A stretch of DNA of 63,997 bases, counting the filler, from an uncultured bacterium (GTDB lineage Bacteria > CAYJOG01), in assembly GCA_964371695.1 (NCBI GenBank). It is 7 parts of 7 records of this genome, joined end to end, with 100 filler letters (N's around TTAATTAATTAA, not from the genome) between each part and the next. Parts side by side here need not be neighbours in the genome. Positions count along the whole stretch, not along the records: positions 9,971 to 19,763 come from CAYJOG010000066.1; positions 19,864 to 29,514 come from CAYJOG010000068.1; 5 more parts are not named here. One strand, written 5' to 3'. Under the pieces are notes generated by a model. It was not told the DNA's origin. It did no database searches and saw only the letters and a program-made list of their open reading frames with translations. Below, piece after piece: positions 16,674 through 25,538 of this stretch (the stretch's first letter is position 1; the number at the start of each line of letters is the position of its first letter). The translations under genes and the position numbers were made by a program.

Positions 16674-17993
16674 ATGCCCAAACAAAACCTTAGAACTTGT
16701 TTTAAAAGTCCATCGTGGACTTTTAAAACCCAACGCCTTCGGGGGCAAAGCCCCCTTGGCGTGGCGAAAACCTGCGCTTTTTCAAAGCTCCGGTTTTCGG
16801 GCGCGGTCATCCATGACCGCAAGAGCCTGTCCAAAGCGGGCCCTGTTTCACTTGGCCCACTTTTAAAACAGGCTCTTAATTTTTCGTCTTTTCTAATGCT
16901 GACTGGCCTGATGCTGGCCGCCCCGGCGCTGGCAAACCCCGGCCCCCTGCCCAAGGATAATTCCTCCAGCCACTGGGCCGCCGAAGCCACGCGCAAGGCG
17001 TTTGATTACGGCATTTTCACGGGTTATCCCGACGGCACCTTCCGGGGCGAGCGCCCCCTCACCCACTACGAAGCCGCCACGGTGGCGGGGCGTCTGTTCG
17101 ACAAACTGGCCCAGGAGCACATCACCACCCAATACGTGGCCAAAAAAGACATGGAAGTCGCCGAGAACAAGTACGCCACCCTGGTGGCCCAGGGCAAGCT
17201 GGACGCCGACGGCCTCAAGGCCCAGGTCAGCAGCCTGCAGGATGAGCTGGAAGACCTGAAAAAGCAAAAGCGCAACATGATGAAGGAAATGGAAAAGCGC
17301 ATGAAAAAGATGCAGGCGAGCGCCATGCCCGGCATGCCCGCCGCCATGACAGGCAAACCCGCCGCTCCGGCCCCCAGGGCCGAGGCCAGACCGGCCCCCG
17401 CGCCAGCCCCTGAAGAAGACGAAATGGACCTCTCGCACCACCGCACCAAACCCAACAAAACCGTGGCCATGTCCCCCAAAGAGATGCAGCCCGTCAAAGG
17501 GGCCAGCGCCAAAGGCCCCCAGCCGGGCAAGGGACCAAAAGCCAGCCGCCTGCTGCTGGGCGCGGGTGTGTATGCCCCCCAGGGCGGCGACGCCGACGCC
17601 GGTTTCACCTGGGCGGTGAATTATCTGTTCCGCCCCACCTCGGCCCGCTCGCTGATGCTGGGTTATAACCGGGCCGACGGCCTGGGTGTGGGCACGGGGG
17701 CCGAGGCAGATTTCAGTCAGGCCAGCCTCACCTATCTGCTGAAAACCCCCTCGGCCAAAAGCCGCCTGGGTTATGGCGTGGGCGTGGATCTGGCCACGGT
17801 GAACTTTTCCACCGCTGCGGTGGAGGCCGATGAGTCTGACCTGGGCTGGCACGTGCTGCTGAACTACCGCCTCACCCCCCGGTTTCTGGCCGAGATGCGC
17901 GTGAACGGCGGCGGCACTGACCTGGGCACGGGCGCGGTTTCCACCGGCGGCAACGGCGTGAGCCTGCGCCTGCTCACCGGCGCGGGGATGTGA
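16674..17993 (+). CDS. SLH-domain envelope protein with coiled coil, Pro/Met-rich linker and probable C-terminal beta-barrel
   Basis: AGGAG RBS; SLH motif HWA...GIFTGYPDGTFRGERPLT.YEAA; heptad region; alternating beta strands in the last ~150 aa. The signal peptide is interrupted by an in-frame repeat. Confidence 0.8.
   Translation: MPKQNLRTCFKSPSWTFKTQRLRGQSPLGVAKTCAFSKLRFSGAVIHDRKSLSKAGPVSLGPLLKQALNFSSFLMLTGLMLAAPALANPGPLPKDNSSSHWAAEATRKAFDYGIFTGYPDGTFRGERPLTHYEAATVAGRLFDKLAQEHITTQYVAKKDMEVAENKYATLVAQGKLDADGLKAQVSSLQDELEDLKKQKRNMMKEMEKRMKKMQASAMPGMPAAMTGKPAAPAPRAEARPAPAPAPEEDEMDLSHHRTKPNKTVAMSPKEMQPVKGASAKGPQPGKGPKASRLLLGAGVYAPQGGDADAGFTWAVNYLFRPTSARSLMLGYNRADGLGVGTGAEADFSQASLTYLLKTPSAKSRLGYGVGVDLATVNFSTAAVEADESDLGWHVLLNYRLTPRFLAEMRVNGGGTDLGTGAVSTGGNGVSLRLLTGAGM
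16693..16875. mobile_element. 183-nt MITE-like element with TTA target duplication, inserted in frame
   Basis: Terminal inverted repeats GAACTTGTTTTAAAAGT / GAGCCTGTTTTAAAAGT match at 15/17; TTA at 16690-16692 and 16876-16878; reverse-oriented homolog at 55397-55580. Confidence 0.8.
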
Positions 17994-18084
17994 CTATAAG
18001 TTCCTGCACCGGCGCAAGGTGTTAACATCGCGCCGTGGTTTTCCGCCTGCTTTCACGCATTGACGGCCTTGGAGTTGTCCTGAC

Positions 18085-18834
18085 ATGACCGACAAACCTG
18101 TGTTGCCCCAGGTGGATGAAACCTTTGGCCTGTCGCAGGAGGAATATCAGCGCCTGGCCACCCTGCTGGCCCGTTATCAGGTGGCGATGAAAAAAGACAT
18201 CTACGCCGACTTCAAGGCCAAGGACATTCTGGATTTCCTGTTTACCTATGTGTATCAACCCGGCGAAGACCGCAGCGCCAACGACAGCGCCTGGGCCACG
18301 CGGTTCAAGTCGGTGTTTCTGCGTTATGGCCGCAACTGGGAGACCGTGCGGCGGCAGTCCAGCGGCAAGTTCATGGGGGCGGGCAAGGCCCTGCTGGACA
18401 GCGTGGGGCTGATGTTCCGTTTTTATGCGCTGACTGATCAGCTCGACACCGAAATGCTCGAAGTGCTGGCGGGCAAGTTCAAGGGCAAGGTGATGAAGCT
18501 GGAGGCCATGCCGCAAAAAGAATATGAAGCGGCCTTTCGCCAGACCGACCCCGGCGGTGGCCGCCGCCGATTGCAGGTGCAACTGGCCGACGACCTGCTG
18601 GGCATCGTCATCACCGTGGCCAAGTCGCCCATGGCCATGGGGGGCATCCGGGCGGGCCTGGCGCTGGCAAGCCGGTTTGCGCCGCCGGGCTTTAAAGATG
18701 TCATTCCCTTCGCTCAAAAGATCATCGAAGAGGGCCTGAAGGTGCTGGGGCCTTACATGAACAACGCCGACCCGCTGCGCCGCGAGATGCTGGACCTGGA
18801 AGAAGCCTACATCCGCCGGGTGCTTGGAGAATAG
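18085..18834 (+). CDS. Helical hypothetical protein, paralog 1 (possibly a distant FFLEELY-motif family member)
   Basis: 249 aa; colinear with the next ORF (YADF..DFL.T.VY.PGE, QLDTEM, FKD..PFA). Confidence 0.7.
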   Translation: MTDKPVLPQVDETFGLSQEEYQRLATLLARYQVAMKKDIYADFKAKDILDFLFTYVYQPGEDRSANDSAWATRFKSVFLRYGRNWETVRRQSSGKFMGAGKALLDSVGLMFRFYALTDQLDTEMLEVLAGKFKGKVMKLEAMPQKEYEAAFRQTDPGGGRRRLQVQLADDLLGIVITVAKSPMAMGGIRAGLALASRFAPPGFKDVIPFAQKIIEEGLKVLGPYMNNADPLRREMLDLEEAYIRRVLGE

Positions 18835-19605
18835 GTGTCCGGTCTTTCTTTGCCCGAACCCAAAACCCCGGCTGATCTGGCACAGGAAGCCGGTGTGAGC
18901 GAGGCGGCCTGGGGGCACATCGGCCAACTGCTGGCGACGCACCAGTCCCGTCAAAAACGCCAGCTTTATGCAGACTTTGTCGCCCACGAGGTGGTGGATT
19001 TTCTGCTCACCCACGTGTATGCGCCGGGTGAAGAAGACAGGCCGGGCCAGGGCATCTGGTCAGACCGTTTCCACGCCGTTTACATGCGTTATCACCAGCG
19101 CATTTTTACCTACGCCCTGCATCCACACCCGGCGCTGAAACTGGGATATGGCCTGTTTTTTCTGGAGACCCTGCACACCATGTTCCACTTTTATGGCGTC
19201 ACGCACCAGTTGGATACCGAAATGACCCGCCTGCTCACCGACTGGCTGGGCAACAAGGAGCTTCTATCTGTCCGGGAGATTCCCGAAGTGTTGTATCAAC
19301 AGGCTTGGCGCGCCACCGGCCCCGCCAAGGAACGCCGCCGCGAACAGGTGCTGCTGGCGAATGAACTGTTTGGCAAGGTGGTGACGGTGCTGCGCTCACC
19401 GGTGGCGCTGGCCACGGTGCAGGGGGGACTGTCGCTGCTGGGGGCCGTAGCCCCAAAAAACTTCAAGGACATCGTGCCCTTTGCCCGACAGACCATTGAC
19501 GAAGGCCAGCGGGTGGTGCGCCCCCACCTGCGGCAGGTCGAGGAACTGCGCCAGGACATGTTGCGGCGCGAGATGGGGTTTATCGAAACCATGCTGGCGG
19601 ATTGA
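18835..19605 (+). CDS. Helical hypothetical protein, paralog 2
   Basis: GTG immediately follows the TAG of paralog 1; full-length similarity to it. Confidence 0.7.
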   Translation: MSGLSLPEPKTPADLAQEAGVSEAAWGHIGQLLATHQSRQKRQLYADFVAHEVVDFLLTHVYAPGEEDRPGQGIWSDRFHAVYMRYHQRIFTYALHPHPALKLGYGLFFLETLHTMFHFYGVTHQLDTEMTRLLTDWLGNKELLSVREIPEVLYQQAWRATGPAKERRREQVLLANELFGKVVTVLRSPVALATVQGGLSLLGAVAPKNFKDIVPFARQTIDEGQRVVRPHLRQVEELRQDMLRREMGFIETMLAD

Positions 19606-20083
19606 GCGCCGCACTCTTTGCTGTTGGATTTATGGATTACAGGGATTTTTCAACGTAGCCCCGGCGTCTCGCCGGGAGTGTCAACCGCGCCGGAGGCGCG
19701 CACCTTTTTGTATTTTTTTCTTATTACCCCGAAAAACATCTGTTTTTTGCCGCCTGCGGCGGTNNNNNNNNNNNNNNNNNNNNNNNNNNNNNNNNNNNNN
19801 NNNNNNNTTAATTAATTAANNNNNNNNNNNNNNNNNNNNNNNNNNNNNNNNNNNNNNNNNNNNGCCTTTGCTCGGCCAGATGCCCCAATGGGCATCTGGA
19901 AAGAACCCTCGCAAACTCGTGGATTTTTCAGGGTGTTTATCAACACCCTTTAGTATCCGAAGTCCCCCACCTGGTTTATCCCGGCCTTGAAAAATGCCGT
20001 TATGCGGCATGGCCCACCTGCTGGGCCACCTTTGCTCAAAACAATGTCTTGGTTTTATGCCATTTTGACCATAAAATCAGCTC

Positions 20084-20494
20084 ATGGCCTTGGTGCAGAC
20101 ACAGGAAAAGACAGACTATGAAGGGCCTGTGGACTCATCCCTCCGTCGGGCGCGTCTGGAATCCCTGCTGGAAGAACTGCGCGGGTGGGGCAGACAGCTT
20201 GGCCATGAACCGGTGGACGGTGTTCTGGAAAAAAGCGGCCTGCCCACCGTGACCTTTTTTTTGGAAAAAGGCCAAGTGCGGGTGGCCTTTGTGCCAAGCC
20301 ACCTGAACTTGCTGAATCTCGCAGGAAAAATAACCGTCAACGCCAATGGAAACCTGTTTTTCCTTTGTGATGTGGCTTCCCTGAAAAAAGGAACCCCACC
20401 GAAATGGGTGTTGTTTCACCCTGGTGACCCTGAAGGCACACCCTGGTCCGAAGCGGTGTTGAAAAGATTGTTTGAAATTGACTTCAATGGTTAA
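20084..20494 (+). CDS. Hypothetical protein
   Basis: 136-aa ORF overlapping the next gene by 8 nt; AT-richer than the core genes. Confidence 0.6.
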   Translation: MALVQTQEKTDYEGPVDSSLRRARLESLLEELRGWGRQLGHEPVDGVLEKSGLPTVTFFLEKGQVRVAFVPSHLNLLNLAGKITVNANGNLFFLCDVASLKKGTPPKWVLFHPGDPEGTPWSEAVLKRLFEIDFNG

Positions 20495-20927
20495 TGCTGC
20501 GGTGATCAAAACCCGGCTGAAGCTGTTGGGAGCGCATTACGGAAAACTCGCTTCGGCGTTGGGTTTGCGGCTTGAGGGAGAGGAACTTACAGAAGTGGTG
20601 GCAACGCTTGACCGGGCGTTTTTCCTGCTTTTGTTCGCACAGGTAGAGGCCATTGTGGTGTGGAAAGTGCGGCAAAAGAGCGAGGATATTTATCAAACGC
20701 TTATGCAGGAACCATTGCAGAAGGGCGGGGCATGGGGTTTCAAGGGCCTTGTGGATTGGCTGGGGGCTGAACAGGTTCTGCCGGTGAAAGATGCTGAAAA
20801 AATCGTTCTTCTGTACGACAACCACCGAAACCCTTTGGTTCATGGTCGTGAGCTTGAAGAGGCGGATATTTCATTTGAAGAAGAAATGAACTGTTTGGCC
20901 CCCTTTTTCGGCCACTTATTGTCTTGA
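20487..20927 (+). CDS. HEPN-like protein
   Basis: Helical, with LLFAQVEAIV and an R-x4-H motif RNPLVHG near the C-terminus. Confidence 0.6.
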   Translation: MVNAAVIKTRLKLLGAHYGKLASALGLRLEGEELTEVVATLDRAFFLLLFAQVEAIVVWKVRQKSEDIYQTLMQEPLQKGGAWGFKGLVDWLGAEQVLPVKDAEKIVLLYDNHRNPLVHGRELEEADISFEEEMNCLAPFFGHLLS

Positions 20928-22946
20928 CCGCACCCGGTACATCACCAGACGCCACGGGGCGGGAGCCTTGTGTTTCGCCAGCTTCATCGCAGGCCCCGGT
21001 GTGAGAGCGATTTTCCGGTCTGCCACGGGCGAAAGTTCAAAATGCTGCCTCAGCCAGCGGCGCTGTCCTGGCGGGCGCAGGAACCCTTCATAGACATAAA
21101 CAGGGCGCGAGCCGAACAGCTCCTGCCCCGGATTTTTGACGCCCATCACCTGAAGCTTGTGCAGCGAGAACACGGTCTGTCCCCTGCCCTGCCACCACAA
21201 TAGGGCCGCCAGATGTTCCTGATAATTGCTGCGGCGTTTTTCGGCAGGGGTGTGGTCGGGCGTGAGGATCACCGCGGCGCGGGGCAGCCGCCGGGCAGTT
21301 TTTTCAAAAAACGCGACTTCTTTTTGCAAGCTGTCATAACGCATGGGCACCCAGGCCATGGGCAGTTGCAGCAGGCCCCCCAGCACCACCAGAAAAACTG
21401 TCGCCTTTTGCGAAAACACCTGTGAGAGACCCGACACCACCAGCAGGCACACCAGGGGCATGGCCGCGGCCAGATAACGCCCGTTGCCCCACACCGGATT
21501 TTCCGGCGCAGGGCTGAGCCACGCCACGGCAACAGCCAAAGCCAGCAGACCGCCCCACAGGACAACCCCCTGCGCCTTTTCTTTTCTCAGCGCCAAAAGC
21601 GCCAGCGGCAGCGCCGGTGTCCATGCGTGCAGCGGCGGCAAAAACACACCGGGGGCCGACAAAAAAACTTCCCGCAATGTGCCTTGGGATTTTCCTGACC
21701 AGTGCCCCAACGCCGTGACGCCATGGGGGGCCGCCTGTTGCAGCAACCACCACTGGGGCCAGAAAGGAATCAGCCCCACCACCAGCACCACCAGACAAGC
21801 CACCAGCAACGGCAGCCGGATTTTTCTCCGCCAGCCCCACACCAGCAGCACCCCCACACCCAAAACCAGAAACACCAGTCCCTCTGGCCGTGTATAAGCC
21901 ATGGCCAGACTGCTGAAGGTCACCAGCAGCGCCGAGCGCCGGGGCCTGAAAATTTCTCCAGAAAGCGGGACCACCGCCATGACCCAAAACAGCAACAGCA
22001 GGCTCAACAGCAGGCCGCCGTCCACACTGGCCATGTGGCGCTGCCAGAGTGGCGTACACCACAACGCCAGCACGGCGGCAAACGCCAGGGCGGGGCTTTT
22101 TTCAGGGAACATTCGCCGGGCAGCCACCGCCAGCAGCAGGGTCGACAGGGCGCTCTCAAACATCCGCAGCAACAACAGCACGAGGGCGCGGGGTTGTCCC
22201 AACCCTTCCAGCACATGGGCCAAAAGCTGCGCCAGCAACCCCTGGGCAAAAAACGGGAAGTCACCATTGCCTGGCAGCGTGCGGGGCAACTCGTGAAAAC
22301 TCATGGGGGCAAAAGCGGCCAGCCCCCCCAGCAAAGCCCCCACCAGCGTCAACAACCCCAACACCCACACGCGGCCCGCAAAAAGTGGCACAGACACCCC
22401 CACCAGCCAAAAGCCCAGCCCCAGCGCCCCCAGCAGCGCCAAGCCACTGGCGGTTTTGGCCCAGCCTTGCCAAAAGGGCGAAAAAGTTTGGGACGGCCTT
22501 TGCTCCCCTTTGCCCGCCAGCGGATTGCCGGGGCCTTCGGGCACGGACACCAGGGCGTTTTGCCGCGCACCCAGCAGGGGCAAAAGCGCCCGGTGCAGGG
22601 GCATGGCTGCGAGCTTTTTTTCTTCACGGCGAATGTGCCCCACCAGTTGTTTCAGGCAACGCTCTGACTGGCCGCTCACCTGCGCCCCCACATAACGCAC
22701 ATCAAAACGCGCCGTGTGGTCATAGGCCGGCGCAGTGCTTTGAGGTGTGAGCATCACCCGCAGCACCGGCGGCGGCCCCAGCCGCAGCATCACCCAAGTG
22801 TTTTTTTCACTCAGCAACCAGCCCTGGGTCTCCACAGCGCAGGGGGCGGGCAGCGGGCCAAACAGGGGCGGCGTTTTTTTGGGCGCGGCGTGGCCTTGGC
22901 CGGACATCAAAAGCATCAGAAAAAAAAGCCAAAACCGCCGGGGCAC
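20916..22946 (-). CDS. Polytopic membrane protein, GT-C glycosyltransferase-like
   Basis: Signal peptide, soluble N-domain, more than 10 TM segments, YTRPEG and GRYLAAAMP motifs. Confidence 0.6.
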   Translation of the reverse strand: MPRRFWLFFLMLLMSGQGHAAPKKTPPLFGPLPAPCAVETQGWLLSEKNTWVMLRLGPPPVLRVMLTPQSTAPAYDHTARFDVRYVGAQVSGQSERCLKQLVGHIRREEKKLAAMPLHRALLPLLGARQNALVSVPEGPGNPLAGKGEQRPSQTFSPFWQGWAKTASGLALLGALGLGFWLVGVSVPLFAGRVWVLGLLTLVGALLGGLAAFAPMSFHELPRTLPGNGDFPFFAQGLLAQLLAHVLEGLGQPRALVLLLLRMFESALSTLLLAVAARRMFPEKSPALAFAAVLALWCTPLWQRHMASVDGGLLLSLLLLFWVMAVVPLSGEIFRPRRSALLVTFSSLAMAYTRPEGLVFLVLGVGVLLVWGWRRKIRLPLLVACLVVLVVGLIPFWPQWWLLQQAAPHGVTALGHWSGKSQGTLREVFLSAPGVFLPPLHAWTPALPLALLALRKEKAQGVVLWGGLLALAVAVAWLSPAPENPVWGNGRYLAAAMPLVCLLVVSGLSQVFSQKATVFLVVLGGLLQLPMAWVPMRYDSLQKEVAFFEKTARRLPRAAVILTPDHTPAEKRRSNYQEHLAALLWWQGRGQTVFSLHKLQVMGVKNPGQELFGSRPVYVYEGFLRPPGQRRWLRQHFELSPVADRKIALTPGPAMKLAKHKAPAPWRLVMYRVRSRQ

Positions 22947-23036
22947 CCCCCCATCTTAAATCCCCAAAAACTGTTCTGACTTTGTTGCCCGCCTGCGACA
23001 AAATGGGCGCTCGGAAAATTGCAGCAGGAGGCCCCC

Positions 23037-24317
23037 ATGTCTGGCCCAAAAACGGTGTTAGTGATTGGCGGCGGCGGGCGGGAACACGCCCTGGCGCTGA
23101 GCTTCAAAAAAGACCCCCAGGTGGGGCGCGTGCTGGTGAGTCCGGGCAACGGCGGCACGGCAACAGACGCCGAAAACGTGTCCGTGCCCCTCACGCCCGA
23201 CACCGTGGCCGAACTGGTGCAGCGCGAAAGTGTGGACCTGGTGTGGATAGGCCCGGAGGCTCCCCTGGCCGAAGGTCTGGCCGATGGCCTGCGCCAGCGG
23301 GGTGTGACCTGTGTCGGCCCGGTGCAGGGCGGGGCCATGCTGGAGGCGGACAAGGCGTTTTCCAAAAACTTCATGCAGGAGTTCGACATTCCCACCGGCA
23401 GGGCGGTGACCGTGACGGACCTGGACACGGCGCTGAAGGAACTGGAAAGTTTTGAAGGGGGCGAAGACGCGCCGGTGGTGATCAAGGCCGCTGGTCTGGC
23501 AGCGGGCAAGGGTGTGGTGGTGTGCCAGAACAAAGCCCAGGCCCGTGAGGTGCTGAAAGATTTCCTGCAATCGGGAGCCATGGGCAAAGCAGGTGAGAAG
23601 GTGCTCATCGAGCAGTTTCTGGACGGGGAAGAAACCACCGTGCTGGTGTTCGTAAGCGGCGGGGACTATGTGATGATGCCCGCCAGCCAGGATCACAAAC
23701 GCCTGGGCGAGGGCGACACCGGCCCCAACACCGGCGGCATGGGGGCCTATGCCCCCGCCCCCGTGGCCACGCCCGATGTGCTGAAAAAAGCCGAAGAAAA
23801 AATATTGCGGCCCACGCTGGCGGGGCTGAAACAACGGGGTGTGTTTTATGACGGCGTGTTGTATCTGGGCCTGATGGTGGTGGCGGGCGAGCCGTTGGTC
23901 ATCGAATACAACGTGCGGTTTGGAGACCCGGAAACACAGGTGATTCTGCCCATGCTGCGCACCAGTCTGTATGACATCGCCATGGCCATGGCGCAGGGCC
24001 GACTGGGTGAAATAAAAGTGGACTTCGACCTCAGCCCCACCGCCACGGTGGTGCTGGCCAGCGCCGGTTATCCGGGGGACTACGCCAAGGGCAAGGTCAT
24101 CACGGGGCTGGCTCAGCAGGCGGCGGGCGTCACGGTGTTTCACGCGGGCACCCAAAAACAGGGCGGCGAAGTGCGCACCAGCGGCGGGCGCGTGCTGAAC
24201 GTGACCGCCAGCGGCCCCACCCTGCGCGAGGCGCTGGAAAAATGTTACGCCCGCATCGAACAGATCGATTTCGAGGGCAAAACCTTCCGCCGCGACATCG
24301 GCCACCGGGCGCTGTGA
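23037..24317 (+). CDS. purD: Phosphoribosylamine--glycine ligase
   Basis: VLVIGGGGREHAL, KAAGLAAGKGV, QDHKR, GPNTGGMGAY, EYNVRFGDPETQ. Confidence 0.98.
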   Translation: MSGPKTVLVIGGGGREHALALSFKKDPQVGRVLVSPGNGGTATDAENVSVPLTPDTVAELVQRESVDLVWIGPEAPLAEGLADGLRQRGVTCVGPVQGGAMLEADKAFSKNFMQEFDIPTGRAVTVTDLDTALKELESFEGGEDAPVVIKAAGLAAGKGVVVCQNKAQAREVLKDFLQSGAMGKAGEKVLIEQFLDGEETTVLVFVSGGDYVMMPASQDHKRLGEGDTGPNTGGMGAYAPAPVATPDVLKKAEEKILRPTLAGLKQRGVFYDGVLYLGLMVVAGEPLVIEYNVRFGDPETQVILPMLRTSLYDIAMAMAQGRLGEIKVDFDLSPTATVVLASAGYPGDYAKGKVITGLAQQAAGVTVFHAGTQKQGGEVRTSGGRVLNVTASGPTLREALEKCYARIEQIDFEGKTFRRDIGHRAL

Positions 24318-24970
24318 ATCACCCTGATAATACGGCCGTGGCAAAAAAGAAATCATCAGGATTTTTTGTGGCCTTCGAGGGCCTGGAGGGCTGCGGAAAA
24401 AGCACGCAACTCAAGCTGCTGGCCACGGCCCTGCGCCGCCATGGCCTCGCGGTGACCGCCACCCGCGAGCCGGGGGGCACGGCGCTGGGGCGACGCTTGC
24501 GACAGGTGCTGCTGCACGACGACACCGAACACCCCAGCCCCGCCGAAGAGTTCCTCATGTTTTTGCTGGACCGTCAGGCCCACCTGCGCAAGGTCATTCT
24601 GCCTGCGCTCGCGCAAGGCGGCGTGGTGCTGAGCGACCGTTACCATTACAGCACGCTGGCCTATCAGGAACCCGGCGGCAAGGCCCTGTCGCCCCATTGG
24701 GTGGATTTTTCGTGGGAGATGATTGGCGGCGTCAGACCCAATCTGGTGGTGCTGCTGGACATGCCTCCCCAGGCGGCCTTCCAGCGCCTGGCGCACCGCA
24801 CGCAGGACAAAATCGAGCGCCGGGGCGAGACCTATTTCCGCCGCGTGCGCCAGCGATTTCTCACCCTGGCCAAGCAGGAGCCAGAGCGTTTTCTGGTGCT
24901 CAAGGCGGCCCAACCGGTGGAGGAACTGCATCAGTTGGTGCTGGCGCGGGTGAAGGCGAAGTTGGCCTGA
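24314..24970 (+). CDS. tmk: Thymidylate kinase
   Basis: FEGLEGCGKSTQ P-loop, TREPGGT, SDRY..STLAYQ. The GTG overlaps the purD stop; 24338 is an alternative start. Confidence 0.95.
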   Translation: MNHPDNTAVAKKKSSGFFVAFEGLEGCGKSTQLKLLATALRRHGLAVTATREPGGTALGRRLRQVLLHDDTEHPSPAEEFLMFLLDRQAHLRKVILPALAQGGVVLSDRYHYSTLAYQEPGGKALSPHWVDFSWEMIGGVRPNLVVLLDMPPQAAFQRLAHRTQDKIERRGETYFRRVRQRFLTLAKQEPERFLVLKAAQPVEELHQLVLARVKAKLA

Positions 24971-24980
24971 CGAAAAGCCC

Positions 24981-25274
24981 CTATACCGGTGGCCTGCTCT
25001 GGGCCTGATGAAAAATGCGGACGATGGTGATGGCCTCATCCGTAACTTCGTAAACCAAGTCCAGCCTTGTCCGCAGAACTGGAATTTTGCGCACGGTGGG
25101 CCGCTGGGCATAAGCAATTCCCGCATGGGGAAATTGCTGCAACAACTCCATGGTGCGTGCAACGCGGTGTGTCACCAAGGCTGCGCCTTGTAGACTTTGA
25201 CCCTGAACACATAACACAATCCGACTCAGATCTTCCGCCGCAGCGGCGGAAATCCTAAACTTCCGCTGCATCAA
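24981..25274 (-). CDS. RelE/ParE family toxin
   Basis: ISAAAAEDL..I..., LQQFPHAG, LVYEV...ITIVRIFHQAQ. Confidence 0.8.
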   Translation of the reverse strand: MMQRKFRISAAAAEDLSRIVLCVQGQSLQGAALVTHRVARTMELLQQFPHAGIAYAQRPTVRKIPVLRTRLDLVYEVTDEAITIVRIFHQAQSRPPV

Positions 25275-25446
25275 CTTCGGGCAAACCGTGCTTTTGACGA
25301 ATTTCTTTCAGGACAGTCTCCAAATCGCTTACCCGTCCCGAACGGATATCTGCCAGCCCTGCGTCAACCAAAGCCAGTTCTTCTGCCGAAGCAGTCACCG
25401 ATGGCTCCTTGTGGACATCCAGGATGGGCGTTGCAAGTTTTTGCAT
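25255..25446 (-). CDS. Probable antitoxin of the ParE-type toxin
   Basis: 63 aa with EELALVDAGLADIRSGRV; overlaps the toxin start. Confidence 0.7.
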   Translation of the reverse strand: MQKLATPILDVHKEPSVTASAEELALVDAGLADIRSGRVSDLETVLKEIRQKHGLPEVDAAEV

Positions 25447-25538
25447 AACAAGGTTAGCCTAGCACTCATAACCCAGAGATCGAAATAAAAACAGCCCATA
25501 AACCCAAGGATTTCACTACCCCCCCTATAATCCACAGC

